Part shown: positions 1-12,430 of the stretch, piece by piece | How positions within the stretch are numbered: position 1 is the first letter of the stretch | Layout of the letters: each line of letters begins with the position of its first letter | Assembly: GCF_018350175.1 (NCBI RefSeq) | Contig: NC_058368.1 | Location: 115,694,001-115,758,000 of the forward strand | Length of the DNA stretch: 64,000 nucleotides | Direction of reading: 5' to 3' | Source of the DNA: Felis catus | Taxonomy: Eukaryota | Notes under the pieces: generated by a model | Seen by the model: the letters and a program-made list of their open reading frames with translations, nothing else | Told to the model about the DNA's origin: nothing | Database searches by the model: none | Made by a program: the position numbers and the translations under genes

Positions 1-165
1 TAACAACAGCAGCTACTATCCTGTCCTGAGCATTTTTTCTGTGCTGGCCCATGCTAAAACATCCTTTCATCATGAATCCTCCCCAGAATCCTGTAATATT
101 CCTGTTTTACTAATGGGGAAACCGAGGCTCAGCTAGAGTAAAGCTTGGCACTTCCCTTTCTCCAG

Positions 166-253
166 GATAGGTAGAGCATGCAACTCTTGATCTCAGAGTT
201 GTGAACTCAAGCCCCACATTGGGCATGAAGCTTACTTAAAAATAAATAAATAA
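166..253 (+). mobile_element. Short Can-SINE (tRNA-Lys-derived), 5'-degraded
   Basis: ggtagagcatgcaactcttgatctcagagttgtg...aagccccacattggg followed by an aaataaataa tail. Confidence 0.7.
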
Positions 254-2009
254 GATGCTCATCATCTTCTGGAGTCTTTCTGGAGTCCCCCTGATCCTAC
301 ATTTTGGAGCACCATGACATAAATGCCTCAACCCCATCTTGGCCATTCCTGCCCCCCCCTTTCCTATCCTCAGGAGGTGTGCCATCCATGCATTGTGACC
401 CCCGACCTCCCAAAGGGCACGACCCTTCCCCACAGCCCCAGCATCAAAGGAGGGGCAGCTCAGTCCTATGCTTCTCCTGCCTGAAATGGTTCCAGATGTG
501 GGGCCTGCCTGCAGGGGCCTGCAGAAGATGCAGGGTGACGTCTGGCACATGGCTAGGTTTCCTCCTGGAGGCTGCCCTGTGAGAGGCCCGTCTACCTCCC
601 TCTCCTGGCACCTGGTCGGTAAATGGAAGCAGAACTTGGTTCAGGGAGGAGGTCTCCCAGGAGGCTGGGGCAGGAGAGAAGTTGAACTCACTGTGGGTTT
701 GCATTCTACCCTCCATGGGGGGCAGGCTGTCGGATCTGGGGCCTGGTGGCTGTATCCATGGCTGATTCTCCAGGTTATACAAGGAGGCCCAGGACTTAAT
801 GGTTTCAATCCCCCATACTCCTCAGAGAAATGCAATTGTAGGTAAGGGGAAACTTGTTTGAGTCCGGGGTCCCAAATTGGCTCCTGGCTGAGGGTACTTG
901 TGCAGACTTCTCCCATGGGGGTCCCGATTCAGGGACCCAAGTGTTCCTAGGGGAATGAGAGGTGTGTGTGGAAACTTTTGTCTGTGGGTTGGGTAGAGAA
1001 GAGACAAGTGAGACTTAGTGTTGATCAAGAAAGACATCCAGGTAGTCCCACCTTTGTGTGGGCGAAAATGAGGCAGAGCCCAAGCTGGCTCAGAGAAACC
1101 CTCAGCCCCTACTCCCCAGCCTCTCTAGAGCCCAAGGCAGTACTTCCTCCCTGGGAGGGAGGCAGAGGTGGCCAATGTCCATGGTGTGGTTTATAGGTAC
1201 CCCAACCCCAACACTTCTGCCAGCTACTCTTAGTCTCAGAGCAGAACAGGATGTCTTGGCTCCCTGCTTCCCCCAACAAGTAAGATATTTCTTTGGCATT
1301 TGTTATGTGCTGGTTCAGAGCATACTCAGTAGATGGGGCAGCATACTCACTCACCCACACAGCCTCACTTCTCCCCTTTCCCCTCCGAATATGACCACTG
1401 GGAACCCCGGGAGAGGCAGTAATGAGTGTGGTAAGATGTTTGGAATTAGGCACACCAAGGTTCAGAATCTCGCTCTACTACTTATTGGCTGTGAACAAGT
1501 CAATGAGCCTCAGTTTCCATGTCTGCAAAGTGGGAATTCTAGTAGAAACCCATGTTCAATAGTGTGTCTATTTCATAACGCGTCTGTGAGGGTTCAGTGA
1601 GGTATCTGGCTGTAGACTCTAGCACAGAGCTCAGTCCATGGTGACTGTTCATCACCATTAGTTATTACAGAGGGCTGGAGGAGGGAACTTCAGGTTGCTC
1701 CTTGGCCAAACTAGGGCAGCCCTGCTATGGCATGGCTGGTGTCCAGCCTCTCTCTTCAGGGTTGTAGGTTGTAGGTTGTTGGTCTTGGCCGGTCCCCTGA
1801 ACTGTGCAGACTCCCACTCTCCTGCAAGCTTGGTTCCCCTGTCTGCCACAGCCTCTCCCTACTGGCCTGGTTTGGCTCTTTCTCTCTACCTGCCCATAAT
1901 TCTATCTATCCATCCCCCCCCCCCCAATGCATAGAGCACTCCCCCATGCAAGAACATCCCTCCACCCCCAACCCCACATCCAGCTCAACTCATCAGGCCA
2001 ACCACAAAA

Positions 2010-2385
2010 TAGTCACAAACATATGCATTCACACCCGGGTGCGCACAGGCAAGGGGATAGGCACAGCAGCAAAGTGGTAGAGAGACACAACTATGCACAT
2101 GCTCATGCTCAAGTGCACATGGGCTTGAGGACATCCCACTGACATACACACACACGTGTACACACAGCACAAATAGGTACAAACGGGTACGTACAGACAC
2201 TCAGCAACAAGCACACAAGGATATGCAAGCATATTGCACACACAGGAATTCACAGGCATATGCGCTCACCACTGTACACATGCATACATGAAACAGACAG
2301 GCACAAACAGGTACATAGAGACACACAAGCGTGTCTGCACAGTATGGCACATGCACACACGTACACACACATAGGCACACACCAG
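2010..2385 (+). repeat. CA-rich low-complexity tract
   Basis: Degenerate cacac/acaca/catgcac repeats. Confidence 0.7.
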
Positions 2386-4247
2386 CTCTCTTGCCCCCAC
2401 CCCCTGCAGGGAGCTGGCTGTCCGCCAAGCCTGGCGCTTTCTGCTGGGTGTGCACAACCTTTCACAGGCTCTAATTGAGTCGAGGGTGATTTATAACGCA
2501 GCAGCGCCCCTGCCCTAGTGGGCTGCCCCCTCCTGCTGCAGCCCTGGTCAGATCCTTCGGCCACCCCCCCCCCCCTCCACCGCAACCAATCCTCCTCACC
2601 CTGGGTCACACACACAGGCCCCTTAGAAGGAGAAGGAGGGCTTCCCTCCTAGCCACCAGTTCTTTTCTTTATTCTTGCCTTACTCCTGGGCCAAACTCTG
2701 AGCTCTGAGAGGTTTTGCCTACCACCACCAAACCCAGCATTACACAGCCCAGCTACCAGAAGCCCTACCACATCCTTTCTAACCTGCCTGTTTAGGGACA
2801 GCCAGGACCTGGACTGCAGATCCCATGTGTTTCCTGAGCTACAGCAGGAGAAACTGGATTTAGACATGAGAAGGGACTTCCCCAGTGAGCTGGGTGCAGG
2901 GGTGGGCTTTGCTTATCAGGGGCTGGGGGAGCCTGGTTCGGGGTGATGGGAGAGGGAGAGACCACTGAGAATCTTGTTTCCTGCTTCTTTGTCCTTTTGG
3001 GTAACTGAGCTGACTGTCACCCTCCCTGCCAGCTGTCCCCATGGCCTGTGTGGCTGGGCCTGTGATTAATCGCATTAATTAGACCTTGAGGTTTGGCTCA
3101 TAAAGTCCCCTTGTCCACCTAAGAAGAAGCTGCAGGGAGGGCTTTTGTCCTGGTGTGTGGAGGGGAGTATGAACCCTGACCCCTCACCTCTGACTCCAAC
3201 ATGGACTAGCAGCTTTACCTTGGCCTATTAGCTCAGCCCGAGAGCTATTTCATCCCACAGACTCGTGTGTTGGATGCTGATGCTGTTAACTCATTTGACA
3301 GTGAGAGCACCCAAGACTCAGGGAGGCCAAGTCCTTGTTCAAGTTACATACCTGGTTCACGGCAGAACTGGGGTTTGAAATCAGACAACAGAGTAAAGGA
3401 TGCCTGACCCAGATCCTGGCTTTATGATGAAGACTTATCTGGCTCCCAAGACCCCTAGTACTCAGGGTGCTGGTTTTTGGAGCAGGAGAGGCTCCTTGGA
3501 GGGGCTAGTCCTCCTGTTCTCAGAAATGAAGTTAGCTTACAGCATGAGGGACTCAAATTAGATTTAAGAGGGACCTAACCTGGCAGTAAAGTGATTGGGA
3601 GCCAAGACCGGCGTGTGTGTGCGTGTGCGTGTGTGTATGTGTTGGGGAGATATGCAGTGGAGAGTCTGGGCTGCCCCTAAAGGAGTCCACATGGTAATGG
3701 CATTCAACATTTAGTGCTTTCCTATTGCCTATTGACATATACAATCCCTTGGAGAGGAGTTGAACCCCATTTTAGAGATGAATAACACTGATATTCTGAC
3801 AGTTTAAACCATCTGCCCCAGCCTCATGAATTCAAGGCAGCTGTACTCCCACCCCTTCCCCCACTGCCATGTTCTCCCCCTTCTGTGGTCCAATGACCCC
3901 ACTTCATCTGGGCTATGGATCAACCCAGCCCCTGGCCCTCCTGAACTCACTGGAACACATTTGAACACATGCGAGTGAAGGTGTGAGATGGGTGGCCTTG
4001 AGGGCACAGGGTGCGTCTCAGAGACTCTGTTGACTTGGGGATTTGTGCTAGGATGTGTGTGTCACTGTGTGTGCTTAATGTGACCTAAGTCTATTTGTGT
4101 GTGTGAGTGTTTGGGATGCTGTGTGGATTTGTGCTTGTCTCTGTGTATCTTTGCATGTTTGTATTTGTCTGTAGATGTCAGTGTATATCAGTGTGTCTCT
4201 GCATGGCTTGTGTCATGTGTTTGTATATTTCTGTGAATTTCCTCTTC

Positions 4248-4249
<2 letters not shown>

Positions 4250-4290
<41 letters not shown>
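4250..4290 (+). repeat. (TG)n microsatellite within a TG-rich low-complexity tract (about 4050-4700)
   Basis: About 20 perfect TG units. Confidence 0.95.
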
Positions 4291-4292
<2 letters not shown>

Positions 4293-4524
4293 TTGTGTTA
4301 TCTGTCTCTGTACCAGCTTTTGGGTATGTCTCTATGTGAGCATCTCTGTAGGCCCTGCTGGGTGTGTGTCCATGTGGCTCCCTGTTGGTTTCTGCAGGTG
4401 ACTTTAGGTGTGACAATGTGTCCATGTGTCTGTATCTGTGTGTGACTGTCTTACCTGTATCCGTGTAGATGAGGCACAGTGTGTGCGTGTCACAGAACAG
4501 TGCTGTCTGTGACTGTGTTTCAGA

Positions 4525-4660
4525 ACTGGGACTAGGGTGGGTACAAAATTTCTTGGTAACCAGGGAAATTATTTTAGTGTAGTATTTTTCAAAAATCACA
4601 ATCAATGCAAAAAAAATCCATGGTGAAAAAATATAAAACTATTAAAGACAGGATCAGTAT
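4525..4660. mobile_element. Probable hAT (MER96B-like) remnant
   Basis: gggactagggtg...aatgcaaaaaaaatccatggtgaaaaaatat...aaagacaggatcagta; family assigned from memory. Confidence 0.35.
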
Positions 4661-4719
4661 GTGTGCACGTCTGCGTGACTGTGTGTGTGGCTGTGACTGT
4701 GTGCCCTCCCTCCCGCTCC

Positions 4720-5300
4720 CCGCCAGGTGAGCCCACCCCCCCTCCAGTCACGCTGCGCTGGGCTGAGCCGCGGTAATTTCCGAGTCGGCGGCGGCTTTGT
4801 GTGCACCGGCCGCTGTCTTGGGGGCGGGGATGGAAGGGAGGGTTATTTCTCCCCCCTCTTCCTTTTTATTGGGTCATTAACAACGGCCCGGACTGCCGCT
4901 GCGCCCCCCCCTTTCATGTCTGCCGCGCCTCCCGCCATTATCTCCCTCCGCCGCGCGGCGTAATTCGATGCCAATCAGGTTTGGGGCGCGGAGGCGGCCG
5001 GATCAAAGACCGGGCCGCGGCGCTGGAGGGAGTGGGGTGGGGGCCGGGCTGTGCTCCCCCGAGGTCGCGGCACCCACCGTGTGTCCCGCCCCAGCGCCTA
5101 GGGTCAGACTGAAGAGGCCCCGCTCAACCCGTGATTGGGGCGGGGGTGTCAGAAAACCGCGTGGGGTGACGAGGTGCTCGTTGGCTGGACCGGAGTGCTC
5201 TGGACCAGTGGCCGGGTCCAGCGAGGCACCGGAGCGATTCGTGGGCTGGAGGTTGAGGGTGGCTTCCTACAGGGCGTGGCCTTTAGGCGGAGCTTTGAAA
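4720..5300. promoter_or_regulatory. CpG-island-like element with CCAAT and GC boxes and TAAT motifs
   Basis: Dense CpG; CCAATC near 4971, GATTGG plus GGGCGGGG at about 5133-5146, GGGCGTGGC at about 5272; repeat-free. Confidence 0.6.
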
Positions 5301-5654
5301 GATTTCGGTAACAAATGTGTGGAACCAGTAGGGAAATGGCATTCTAGGCAGAGGGACCTGCTTGGGCAAAGGCTGGGAGGCAGGAACCAGCAGTGCTTTA
5401 GGAATAGAGAGAATTCTTCTGGCTGGGCGTTTGTGCTGTGTTCCATGGGCACGGAGCAATGGGGGGTTCTTGACAGGGAGGCACAGACTCTCAGGTGGCC
5501 TTCAGGGTAATTTATCTGATGATGTCTTCTGCTTGCTGGAAGCTCAGCCCACTCGGTTTCTTCCCCTGGGAAATGGGGAAGCTATCAGCTTCCCCCGCCT
5601 CCTCCACAAGAGATTAGTGAGAAGGTGAACGTGATAAAACAAATGCAACTCACA

Positions 5655-5850
5655 TTTATTGAGCACTTACTATCTGCCAGGCCAGGCCCCAGTCTTGGTT
5701 CATCAGCATAACTAGCCCTACAAGGTTAGATAGAGTTCACTTCACACAATTGCAAACTGAGGCACAGAGAGCTACAGTGACCTGCCCAAGCTTCTGTAGC
5801 TAGTGATCTGCATGGTTGAGATTTGAACCAGGCTTATAGATCCAGAGCTC
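5655..5850. mobile_element. MIR
   Basis: tttattgagcacttactatctgccagg...aaactgaggcacagagag...gacctgcccaag...gatttgaaccagg; similar MIR remnants near 25-150, 1415-1640, 9465-9670, 11675-11870, 30480-30650 and 59945-60125. Confidence 0.7.
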
Positions 5851-7549
5851 ACAGAAGGAGGGTCTTCCCCTGGGAGAGTCCCTGCCCCAGCTTTGTGCCC
5901 TACTCCATCCCACCTGGGCCTTGGGGAAGGATGGGAGTGAAGGTTTTAGAGACGCCTGCCGCCTGTGTGGGGAGGCAGTGATTCCACAGTGGCCTGGGTG
6001 AGGACCAGAATCATCCTCCACAGACTCACAGCCACCTCCCTTGCTTACAGCCCTTGGCCTTGGGCGAGTCACCTGCCACCTTCCCCAAGTCTGCTCCTTC
6101 ATCTGTAAAATGGGGTTAACAAATTTCTTTTGGCTTGTCCCTGAGGAGTCAGTGAGTGAATGCAGCAAAGGGTATTTTGAAAGTAAAATGCAGTATAAAT
6201 TGGATTTTTATTATCACCATCAGCCAAAGACTTGGAGGGTGGGTGTCTGCCAGACATTCCCGGCAGAGGATGGAAAGCCCCTTCTCCCCCTAAGAAAATG
6301 CGTGTTTAGTCTTTGGTTCTGGAGAGAGTGTTCTCCTACCACCATTCCTGAGACACAGAGAAATAGATTTTTCTCTCCCAAATAGTGCTGGGTCTTCACA
6401 ACTCTAAGTATATCAGACCTGAGAATGTTCTGAGCAAACGGTGGTATATGTAATATATGCTTCTGTTCTGAACTAAATAAACACAGGCTTCTGGACTGTG
6501 AGGGTGCCACCCAGCAAGGGTCTTCACCAAAGGTCTGCCCTCGACCCCTCAACCTCAGATCTGGGATTGGGTGTTGGGAGTTGTGGGGAGTGGGGAGGCA
6601 GGGCCCTGAGTCCTTAGAGCCTTCCAGATAGTTTCCTGTACCTGCTTGGGCTGGGTGTGCACTGGCACTGGAGAGATAGATGTAGGAGTCCCACAGCGAG
6701 TGCCCGTTCTGGTGAGGGAGGCCAGTGAGAGCACAGTTCTTGCACAGAGGAGCACTCTCTTTTCCTAGAGGGATAAATAGTTGGATTGAGAAGAACAGAA
6801 GAACGAATAGGAGTTTACCACATGAGGGCTGGGGACAGGAGGCACATTTCAGGAATGTACAAAGCCTGGAGGCCTGAAGGAACAGTGCATAGTGAGTATT
6901 TCTGGAGGTGGGGAGGATGAGCAGGGGGGCTAGACTGGAAAGGGCAGACCTGAAGAAACTTGGCAGTAATCCTGAGGATGTTGGGGACCCAGGGCAGCTT
7001 CAGAGCAGAAAGTCACCCTAACTCAGCCTCCTCATCTGTAGTGTGGGTACAAGACACTCCTCCCCCCACTCCCACCCCAACCCCGCAGGCCTGGATGGAA
7101 GGTAAATAAATGATAGAGAGGAAGGGGAGGTGCTTGTACTTTCATACCCCCCCTCCCACTCAGGGAGCTAAGGGATGGGCAGAGGGTGTGGTGAGGAGGC
7201 AGTGATGCGGGGCTCTGTTCCCACTGTTCTCCGCGCACAGGGAGACAGAGCAGGGATCCAGAGCCCCCTCCCAGATCTGATCTGGACTGCCAGATGGAGG
7301 TGGCCACGATTAGCAGCTCCAGGTGACATGGGCACGTGACTTTGGTGATGTCTACCGCCGCCGAAATAGGATCTTGGTTCTGGCTTTTAGGTCAGGAAAG
7401 CTGCTCTCACTGAGGGGCTCTGCAGGGCCCGGCCCGCAGAACCGACCAGGTTCTTTCTGCCATCTATTGGTTCTACATTTCCTACCTTCCTAAAGGAGGT
7501 CCCTTGTCCCCCATCCTCCACTCCTCCTGGGGAGTCCCCGCCTGGCTGG

Positions 7550-8130
7550 AGCTGGGTGCCTATGTGTGTTGGGAAAGGGGGTGGTGGCTGCGCCGCACAC
7601 CGCAGATCCCAGCTGCCTCTGGACGCTGAAAAATCCAATTTTCTTCCTAATTGCCACCGCCCGCGCTCTCTCTCCCCTCACAGCCTACTTCTGCTTGGCG
7701 GCGCCTGGTCCCCCACGCTCCCCCTACTCCTGCCTCCCGCTACCCACCCCACGGCAGACGCTGCCCCCCCTCGCGGTCACCCGTGTCGGGACGCACCATA
7801 TATCATGTCCGCAGCCGGGAGGGGCTGGGGGAGCGGACAGGCACCCGCCCTGGGCTCCCTGACGAAATCGTCCTTTTCCGCGGCGGCGGATGACAGGTTG
7901 TGGGAACAACAGCTTGAATTACGGAAAGAAGTTTCCCCACTGAGTTAATCTGCAGTGGCTGGAGGTGACCTTCTGGAGACGGCGATTAATCACGGGCCGT
8001 GGCGGGCGCCGCGCCACGCCGGGCCCTTTGGGGGAATACTAATTCCACTACAAGATAAATCATAATTTGACAATAATCATCTGCCCTAATCACTCCAATT
8101 CTTCTGTTTAATTATTTGTATACACCGTGT
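7550..8130. promoter_or_regulatory. CpG-rich, enhancer-like element with an AT-rich homeodomain-motif core
   Basis: CpG-rich 7590-8030 followed by TAAT/ATTA-dense 8035-8120; no repeat signature. Confidence 0.5.
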
Positions 8131-11100
8131 TTCTTCAGCGAGGACCCCTTGTGCCTGTGGGTGGGGAGAGGACAGCCGCCTGGGTGCAGACCCCTCTTTG
8201 GCCTCTTGGCCTCTTGGCTCTACTATATGCTTGGGGAGGCCTGAGTCAGAACTGCTAGGGAGAACCTTGGAGCTCAGAGTTATGATAGCATGACTGGGGA
8301 AACTGAGACTCAGAAAGATGACAGGCCTTGCCGAGGTCCTACGGCAAGCTTTGGGTAAACCAGGGTGAAGACTAAGGGCTCAGTATTTAGTCCTAGGCTG
8401 TACTCCGTGGCACTACCCTGTTGAAGAATGGCCCAGAGTGCCTCACTTCCACTGTCCTATTCCCTGACTCCTGTCCGCAGTATCCTGTTAAGCCTGGTTC
8501 CCTCCATCTGCCAGCGTGGACAGGATTGTTGCCTGTTTCCATTCCCTTCCCCTGAGCCCTGGGCCCGCCTGGCCACTCAGGACGTGAGGATGAGGGGTTG
8601 TGGGCATCTGAGCAGGGGTTGCCTGCTTCCATCTACCAGTGCTATGTGACCACTGACAGTTGATGGGACCTTTTGGAAGCCTTTAACATCTGTAGCCTTT
8701 CTCTGTGAATTGGATGGGGCTCCCTCTCTCCCAGGGTGATAGAGACCTGGCCCCATGCCAGATTCATAGGAGTTCTCACAGATGCTTCCTGCTGCCCCTT
8801 CCTGCTCTGCCAGGCCCCAGCCACTAGAGTCCTATATTTTCTGCCTCCGCCCACCCTCCCAAATCTGGCGCCTGGTGCCGCCATGTTCATCCCTGGGTTG
8901 GGCTGCCTGGAGAGTTCCAGGGACCTAATTTTGCCCCTGACGTTCCCCTTGGAGGGGCTGGCTGGGCTGCTGCCAGCTCTGGCTCCCTGAAGCAGGAATC
9001 AGAATGACTCAGTGTCTTTCTTTTTCCAGGCCAGCTTCTGGCACCCCTTGATGGGGGGTATTGGTGAAGAGCGTACAGTGGGGGCTGTTGGGCCCAGCAT
9101 GGCCCGCCCCCCTGAGATGTGGCTCATGTGGGAACTGTGGTGTGCCTTTGTGGCAGTGTGAGGGGGGATGACTTCCTTAAACAAAAGCCAAAAGCCTAGC
9201 TGGGTGTGTGCTGATGGGGCCACAGCCACAGAGAATGATACACGGATGATAATGAAAATAATGGTAACAGCAGTGAATCGTTCATTCCCAACAGCAGCCT
9301 GCCAGGGGATCCTCGTCCCAAGGACAGTTGATGAAAGGCTGATGCTAGAAACAAAGCCCTTATCCTCAGGATGCCCCAAATTCAGGGAAGAGATGTGGCC
9401 CCTTTGTTCAGATCAGAGAGAGAAGAAGGAAGCGGGGAAAATACAAACCACAGTATTACCTGCCTACATTTATGGAGCTCCTGCCATGTGTCAGGCTCCA
9501 TGTTCAGTACTCGGCCTGTTTCACATCTCTAAGTTCTCATGACCACCTGTGAGTGGGGTGTGATGTCAGGCCATTTTACAGATGGGGAAACCGAGTCTCA
9601 GGGAGGCAAAGTCACTTGCTTTATGTCACCGAGTTTATGAGTACAAGGTTGGGATTTGAACTCAGTCTCCTATTCCATCCCCTTCTGCCTCTTAGAAATG
9701 TCAACAAAGCCGCTTCATCAGTATTGTACAATTTCTGGTCAGAGGGTCTGGGAAAAGCTGAGCTAGTCTCTTCACTTGTCAGAGTCTGCTTTCCCTGCTA
9801 TGCAGTTGAGAGACTGGGGATATGACAGGGCATTGGGTCCCTGCCTTGGTCTTCCATACCTGTGAGTCCCTCATGGAGTCCGACTTCCCTCCCTTCTGCT
9901 GTAGTTTCCCTTCCCTCATCCTCTGTGGTCACAGCATTCCCTTCTTCTGTGTCTTTGGCTAGATCTGTGCCCTTCCATTCTAGTTCCTCAGTGACCCTTG
10001 CCTGGAGGAGGGGATATATATGGGACAGGCAGTGTCTTACCTAGTGGCCTCCATCTGGTAATATTCCCTGACGACCCCTGGGCAGATCAGCCATGGCTTG
10101 CGATCCATAGGGACAGTGTTGGCTTTGTGAGAGGTGTTTTGGTTAGGCACCCCTTAGCTATCCTGTGGTCCTTTCTTTACCCAACCTGCAGTTGGAGTAT
10201 TCCCACACACGAGGCAGGGCTCTAGAGGGTGGCTGAGCAGGAATACCCTACCCCAGCTGTAAAGATCTGAAGGGGGTCATTTAGCCTTTCTGAACCTCAG
10301 TTTCCTTATCTGCAAACTAGAAGTACTAATACCCGGCACACATTAAGTACTCAATAATTGTGACCTATCGTTAGTGTAAGTATCAGCCTGTATGGTGAGA
10401 TCACAGAGGCACTCTCCCTTGGCCTGGCCCCTAAGTTGCCTTTTGTGGGTGTTCAAGAGGGGAGGGGCATCCCTCTGCAGACAGGACTCCACTCAGAAAG
10501 CCACTGGGTCAGCCCCTTCCCACTGGGGCTGCCTCTGTTCCCCGCCCCCGCCTGGGGTCTGACAAGTGAGGAGAGGGCTGGCGGGGAGGTGGTGGAGCTG
10601 TGGCAGAAGAGAGGGGAGCCAAAGGTTGGCCGAGTGGGGGAGAGATGGCCTGGGGGGAGAGCAGCTGAGTCGCTGGGGAGGGTGGGAGGCTGTCGTGCTA
10701 TAAATACCTCCCAGGTAACAGGACCCGTAAATGAAGGGAGGGAATTAGTCACATTCCGCGGCGCCTGGGAGAGAGGACAGGGAGCAATGACCTGAATCCA
10801 TGGAAGGGAAAAAATTAGGCTAACCTTGAGATGGGGGGGGGGGGGTGGTTAGGGCTGGATACTGTGCCTCCTCAGAGGAGTGTCCGGGACTCCATCTGCT
10901 GGACAGGGGCCAGGGAGGAATAATCTTGGCAGGAGGGGTCTGGAAGGGACAGCTTGTCTACTCCATGCCCGGATGTGTGAGGGTCTCTTTTCTTCTCAAG
11001 GATTCCCTAGCCTCTCTCACAAACTCAATCCTATTCCTCTTGGAAGTTCTTCCTGGGGTCTAGCCTTGATCTTTCCTCATGCCACTCTGAAGCGTGTTCC

Positions 11101-11939
11101 CATTTGCTGCCCTCCTGAAGCCCTTGCTCTCCCTGAAGCCCCTATGTTATCGTGCATGTACCTCTGTGTCATTCCCTGGGTTCCTGGTTCAGGCAGAAGA
11201 TTCTTTGCTTGGGAAGGCAAGAAGGTTGTGTCCTGCTTCCTCTCTGGACCCCACTGCGGGGGCTGGGTCCGCTTGTCCCTCACTGGGCTGATGACCATGG
11301 CCTGCCCTCCACTCCCCCAGCCCCCCTCTTCATGGTTGCCAGAGCAACAGTCAGTACATGTTCTCACTTGCTTACACCTTCCCTACTCCTCTAGGAATGG
11401 AGTCCAGGCCCCTTGGCTTGCATACCCAGCCTGCTACATCAGCCTCCAAGCAGCTTTCTTACCACATCTGCACTTGCTCTCTCTCACACCCAGCCTGCAG
11501 CTCTCAATTCTCCACGTCTTTGCACGGACTGGCCTTTCAGTTGAGGGTAACCTCTCCTTGTTCTGCCTGTTAGATTTGCATTTTCTCCCAGGCCCCAAGT
11601 TCTGAAATTCCCCCAGCTGCCTCCCCAGCTGAGTTGGGTCCTCCTCATCTATGCTCTGGAAACACTTCTGGCAGGGGTAGTGTGGGAAAGTGGTTAAGAT
11701 CCAAAGTAGAAGGCCAGCCTTGCCTCATCCTATGTGGCCTCTGGTGAGTAAATGAGCTCTCCTATGCCTCAGTTTCCTCATCTGTAAAAAGGGGTTCTCA
11801 CAGTGCTTCCCAAGGGTGATGCACTTTGGGTGAGCCCTGTGTGAGGAGGGCTTAGCACATAGTCAGCGGGTGGCTGTTGTTGGGGTCACAGTATTGATCG
11901 CACTGTTTCTGTGTCTGTCTCCTCTGTGGGCTGTGAGAT

Positions 11940-12430
11940 GGGGGGGGGGGGGGCGGGTGGCGCTGCGTCCCCGTGTGACTCGTCGCCGCAGCCGCAGTGG
12001 CCAGCTCGCGCCTGGCACTGAGACGGTCGGCAAATGTTTGCTGAATTAATGAGTGGGGGCTGCAGGGCGGGCTTGGGCTGCAGTTCCGCCTGGGCTGCTG
12101 CAGCTGGGGCGCCTGTGTACATGTGTGTGCGGTGGGAGCATGAGTGAGGGGTGTCTGTGGGGTGGGGGAGCCGTATCCGTGTCCCGTCCCGGGGGTCTGG
12201 CGGCGCCGTGGGCAGCCTGGCGCGCCCGCTCCCTGGGGTCCCCGCCCAGCGCCTGCCTGGCTGCGGGACCCCGTTGCCAGGAGCAGTCAGGATGCGGCAG
12301 CGTCTCCATGGCAACGCGGCATCTCGAGCCGCGCGCCGCCCTCCCCCGGCGCCCCGCTGTGGGCAGGAGGCCGAGCCTGGCAGCCCCTCCCGGCCCAGCA
12401 GCCAGCAAGCTGGGCCAGGAGGCCAAAGCC
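11940..12430. promoter_or_regulatory. CpG island with an RFX X-box
   Basis: Dense CpG; GTCTCCATGGCAAC at 12302-12315 matches the RFX X-box. Confidence 0.6.

Noticed and set aside
166..230. tRNA-Lys-like sequence
   Set aside because: Degenerate and followed by an A-rich tail, so a Can-SINE head rather than a tRNA gene
10695..10755. TATA-like gctataaatacc with nearby AP-1-like and GC-box motifs
   Set aside because: Short motifs with no CpG island or downstream exon; not distinguishable from chance
10880..11605. 241-aa ORF, and similar long ORFs at 13329-14045, 41260-41931, 42494-43120, 50786-51427 and 56901-57647
   Set aside because: No recognisable domains, low-complexity composition and often non-ATG starts; expected by chance in GC-rich DNA or overlapping repeats
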